Positions 61,174 through 64,000 of a stretch of DNA of 64,000 nt are shown piece by piece. The translations under genes and the position numbers were made by a program. Source of the DNA: an uncultured Gemmatimonadaceae bacterium (lineage in GTDB: Bacteria > Gemmatimonadota > Gemmatimonadetes > Gemmatimonadales > Gemmatimonadaceae); contig CAWAGQ010000004.1 in assembly GCA_963781585.1 (NCBI GenBank), positions 256,001-320,000 on the forward strand, read 5' to 3'. The first letter of the stretch is position 1; each line of letters opens with the position of its first letter. Under the pieces are notes generated by a model. The model was not told the origin of the DNA, ran no database searches, and was given only the letters and a program-made list of their open reading frames with translations.

Positions 61174-62349
61174 ATGCTGACGTTGCTGCTCGTGGGACAG
61201 GCGATAGCGCTGGTCGTGGTGTTGGCGCGCCTCGTGCCGGGTGCTCGCCGTCGACCACCAGTCACACCGGCAAGCACTCCTGGTGCTGACGCAGCCGTCA
61301 GCGTGATCATCCCCACCCTGAACGAGGCGGCTCGCATTGAGCCGTGCCTGCGTTCGCTTCGCAACCAGAACGCTCCGCTGGCGGAGATCATCGTTGTCGA
61401 CAGCGACTCCACGGACGGCACGGAGGGCGTCCTTCGGGCTGCGGCGGCGGAAGATCCCCGGCTGCGCGTGGTCCGGGACCCTCCGCTACCGCGCGGCTGG
61501 ATAGGAAAGGTCTGGGCGCTGCAGCATGGGCTATCGCTGGCGCGCGGTGATTGGATACTAGGCGTCGATGCCGACGTCGAGGCCGACCCCGGGATGGTTG
61601 CCGCTGTGGTGCAGGCGGCATGTTCGGGAGGTCTGGACATGGTGTCGTTCTCGCCCCGTTTCGCCGGACAGAGCGCGGGGGAGCGCCTGGTCCACCCTGG
61701 GCTGCTGGCGACCCTCGTGTACCGGTTCGGCGCACCGTCGGCCGACCCCGCGCCAAGTCGGTTACTTGCCAACGGACAGTGTTTCCTCGCGCGGCGCTCT
61801 GTCCTGCTGCGTCATGGCGGGTACGAGTCGGCGAGGGGTTCGTTCGCAGACGACGTTATGCTCGCGCGGTACTACGCCAGTCGCGGAGCGCGGGTTGGTT
61901 TCCTCGACGGATCTCGGCTTTTTCGCGTTCGTGCATATCGCTCGCTGCGGGAAATGTGGCGCGAGTGGGGAAGATCGATTGATCTCAGCGATGCGACCAC
62001 GCGAGCCCGCCAGTGGGTGGACATTCTTCTGCTCACGCTGGTGCAGGGCGTTCCTCCGATATTGCTGATCGTGGCGGCGACGGGATGGTGGAATGCCTCA
62101 GGGAACGTCTCTCGGGCCCTGGTGATACTGAACTCCATTCTGCTGCTGCTGCGCATCGGGCTCCTGTTCGCTCTCGCGCCCTCATACGAGAAGAGAGGAA
62201 CGATGTTCTGGTTGTCACCGCTGGCAGATCCCCTGGCGGTCGTGCGCGTGGTTCTGTCGACGGTTCGGCGCCCGAGGCGTTGGCGCGGGCGGCAATACCA
62301 GCCGCAGCCGTCCGAGTGGAGGCATTTCGCAGGATGGTCGCATGAGTAG
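61174..62349 (+). CDS. Glycosyltransferase family 2 (carotenoid/hopanoid GT-like)
   Basis: IIPTLNE, DSDSTDGT, GWIGKVWAL, DAD, NGQC; C-terminal TMs, WRGR. Confidence 0.88.
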   Translation: MLTLLLVGQAIALVVVLARLVPGARRRPPVTPASTPGADAAVSVIIPTLNEAARIEPCLRSLRNQNAPLAEIIVVDSDSTDGTEGVLRAAAAEDPRLRVVRDPPLPRGWIGKVWALQHGLSLARGDWILGVDADVEADPGMVAAVVQAACSGGLDMVSFSPRFAGQSAGERLVHPGLLATLVYRFGAPSADPAPSRLLANGQCFLARRSVLLRHGGYESARGSFADDVMLARYYASRGARVGFLDGSRLFRVRAYRSLREMWREWGRSIDLSDATTRARQWVDILLLTLVQGVPPILLIVAATGWWNASGNVSRALVILNSILLLLRIGLLFALAPSYEKRGTMFWLSPLADPLAVVRVVLSTVRRPRRWRGRQYQPQPSEWRHFAGWSHE

Positions 62350-62599
62350 CAGACGCCGAACCCCGAAACCGATCCGCGATCCGTCCCCGCCTGGTTCCCT
62401 GTCCGACCCGGTGGACGAGGCGTCTCAGGAGAGCTTTCCCGCCAGCGACCCTCCCAGTTGGAGTCCGCTACACGCCGGCGAGCCGAGGGAGGCGGCGCGG
62501 CCCTCGGCTCCGACGGGGCCCAAGGGCGCCGCCGACCCGCTGACCGCGAGGCACGCGGCGCAACGGCGGTCTGACACCTGGCGGCCACAATCTTCGTAG
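62342..62599 (+). CDS. Small conserved hypothetical protein
   Basis: DPVDEASQESFPASDPPSW motif. Confidence 0.7.
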   Translation: MSSRRRTPKPIRDPSPPGSLSDPVDEASQESFPASDPPSWSPLHAGEPREAARPSAPTGPKGAADPLTARHAAQRRSDTWRPQSS

Positions 62600-62607
62600 G
62601 TCACGTC

Positions 62608-63321
62608 GTGCAAATCTCCAGCATCCCGCCCGCCGCCCCGGCCCAGCAGCAGTCGGGCACGCCTTCGGCCGTGTCTCTCCCCGCGGAAGCGGGTGGAGCG
62701 CAGGTCGTGCAAGTGCCACACAGCGCCCAGGAGCTGCAAGCGCTTCGCGCCCGACGAGAGGAGCTTTCCACTCAGCTCATTTCGGCGAACGGGCGGCGGG
62801 AAGGGCTGGCGCGCGAACTGCGCAGCGCGATGAACGGAGCCGATCGCACGGGAATCGAGCAGCGCATGACGCAGCTCGATCAGCGCATCATGCATCTCGA
62901 GGCCGACATCGCCGAGAATGGGCGTGCGCTGGCGGCGACACCGGCGGGCCTGATCGCGACCGTGGATGTGCCCCACCGGATTCTCGGAATGACCGAGCAA
63001 TTCGCGGCGCCGCTTGCCGGGCTGTTCACGGTTGTCGTCCTGATGCCGCTTGCCATCGCGGCGGCGCGTCTGATGTGGCGGCGAGCAAGGTCGCCTCAAC
63101 CGTCGAGAGAGTCACCGGAGTTGATCTCGCGACTGGACCGCATGGAGCAGGCGGTGGACGCCATAGCGGTGGAAGTCGAGCGCATCTCGGAAGGGCAACG
63201 CTTCACTACCAGGCTCCTCACCGAAGGTCAGGCGATGCCGGCGCTCGGTTCGTCTCGGGTGGCAGAACGAGTTCCGGTGCGCGCTCTGGACCCAATGCGG
63301 TTGGCTGGCGAGGAGACATAG
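62608..63321 (+). CDS. Hypothetical coiled-coil membrane protein
   Basis: One TM; RLDRMEQAVDAIAVEVERISEGQRFTTRLL motif. Confidence 0.78.
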   Translation: MQISSIPPAAPAQQQSGTPSAVSLPAEAGGAQVVQVPHSAQELQALRARREELSTQLISANGRREGLARELRSAMNGADRTGIEQRMTQLDQRIMHLEADIAENGRALAATPAGLIATVDVPHRILGMTEQFAAPLAGLFTVVVLMPLAIAAARLMWRRARSPQPSRESPELISRLDRMEQAVDAIAVEVERISEGQRFTTRLLTEGQAMPALGSSRVAERVPVRALDPMRLAGEET

Positions 63322-63473
63322 CGACTGGGAATCGCGGACGTTGTCATGCGGGGCGCTCCGTCCGTGGTCCAATCCGGATTGAAGCTGGGCGAGACGGCCT
63401 ATTCCGCCGTCGCCGCGACAGGCAGATTCGGGTCATGCCTCTGTGCCTCCGGGAGGATCAGGCTCGAGCGGCG

Positions 63474-64000
63474 ATGGGCCGCGGCGGCGGCTCCTCCTGG
63501 CCCCGACTTCTCGTCCTGGCTTCGTGTGCATGTCAGATCGTGGTGGCCGCGTCAGCCGCGGGGCAGGATCCGCTCACCGGGACGATTCGCGGCGTGGTAC
63601 GAGACTCCCTGGGCGAACCGGTAGTCGGAGCCGGCATCTCTTTGCAACCCGGAGGACGGCAGGCCTGGGCAGACACCGCGGGGCGGTTCACGATGGGCGG
63701 TGTGCCGGTGGGCGCATACAAGGTGCGCGTGCGACGGGTGGGATTCCGGCCCGAGGAGACGCCCGTGGACGTGACGGCCGGCGACGTGACCCGGGTGGAA
63801 TTCGCCCTCATCCGCGTGCCGCCCACGCTCGACACGGTCGTGGTACGCGGAGAGCGGCAGTGCTCCCGATACACTTACGCCGGTTTTCTCTGTCGTCAGG
63901 CGGACCATCGCGGATTCACGATGACCGCGGCGGAGATCGAGGCGAAGGAGCCGGTTTTTGTCGCGGACATCTTCTACGGTCGCCCCGAGTTTCGCATCGT
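63474..64000 (+). CDS. Secreted carboxypeptidase-regulatory-like domain protein (partial, runs off the window)
   Basis: Read manually: signal peptide, then TGTIRGVVRDSLGEPVVGA...GRFTMGGVPVGAYKVRVRRVGFRP...LDTVVV. Confidence 0.75.
   Translation, partial: MGRGGGSSWPRLLVLASCACQIVVAASAAGQDPLTGTIRGVVRDSLGEPVVGAGISLQPGGRQAWADTAGRFTMGGVPVGAYKVRVRRVGFRPEETPVDVTAGDVTRVEFALIRVPPTLDTVVVRGERQCSRYTYAGFLCRQADHRGFTMTAAEIEAKEPVFVADIFYGRPEFRI

Overview
High-GC (roughly 68-70% by eye) bacterial chromosome segment; the gene content resembles Gemmatimonadota (inference). It starts with eno, ftsB, tRNA-fMet and a pilin pair. A complete ~17.8 kb island (3325-21140) follows, integrated in a CAT-anticodon tRNA and bounded by a 48 bp identical direct repeat. 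The island looks like a phage satellite. It has a tyrosine integrase, an excisionase-like HTH, a lambda Nu1/TerS-like protein, an AAA_25 helicase with iteron-like palindromes, two tandem PC4-like ssDNA-binding proteins, two regulatory switches and a candidate defence cassette. Unusually, it also has a lone 1425-aa tape-measure-like gene, with no recognisable capsid, portal, large terminase or other tail genes. The integrase ORF reads through the att core, so integration or excision swaps its C-terminus (...MSAVL integrated vs ...MSRVDPEGESAAPGENEE excised), and excision joins the tape-measure genes to the leftward operon. The rest is host DNA: oxidative pentose phosphate genes, a MoxR/VWA/DUF58/DUF4159/DUF4175 cluster, DinB proteins, KirBac, fahA, ridA, icd, beta-oxidation genes and an M1 aminopeptidase. 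It also holds a TPR protein / repeated-peptide (DYINPNA x2) lipoprotein / AraC-like regulator trio that may be a peptide-signalling module. The octamer CGTTAGGC is strikingly frequent (16 copies counted). Four single-base frameshifts are probably assembly errors. All family assignments come from motif recognition by eye; no searches were run.
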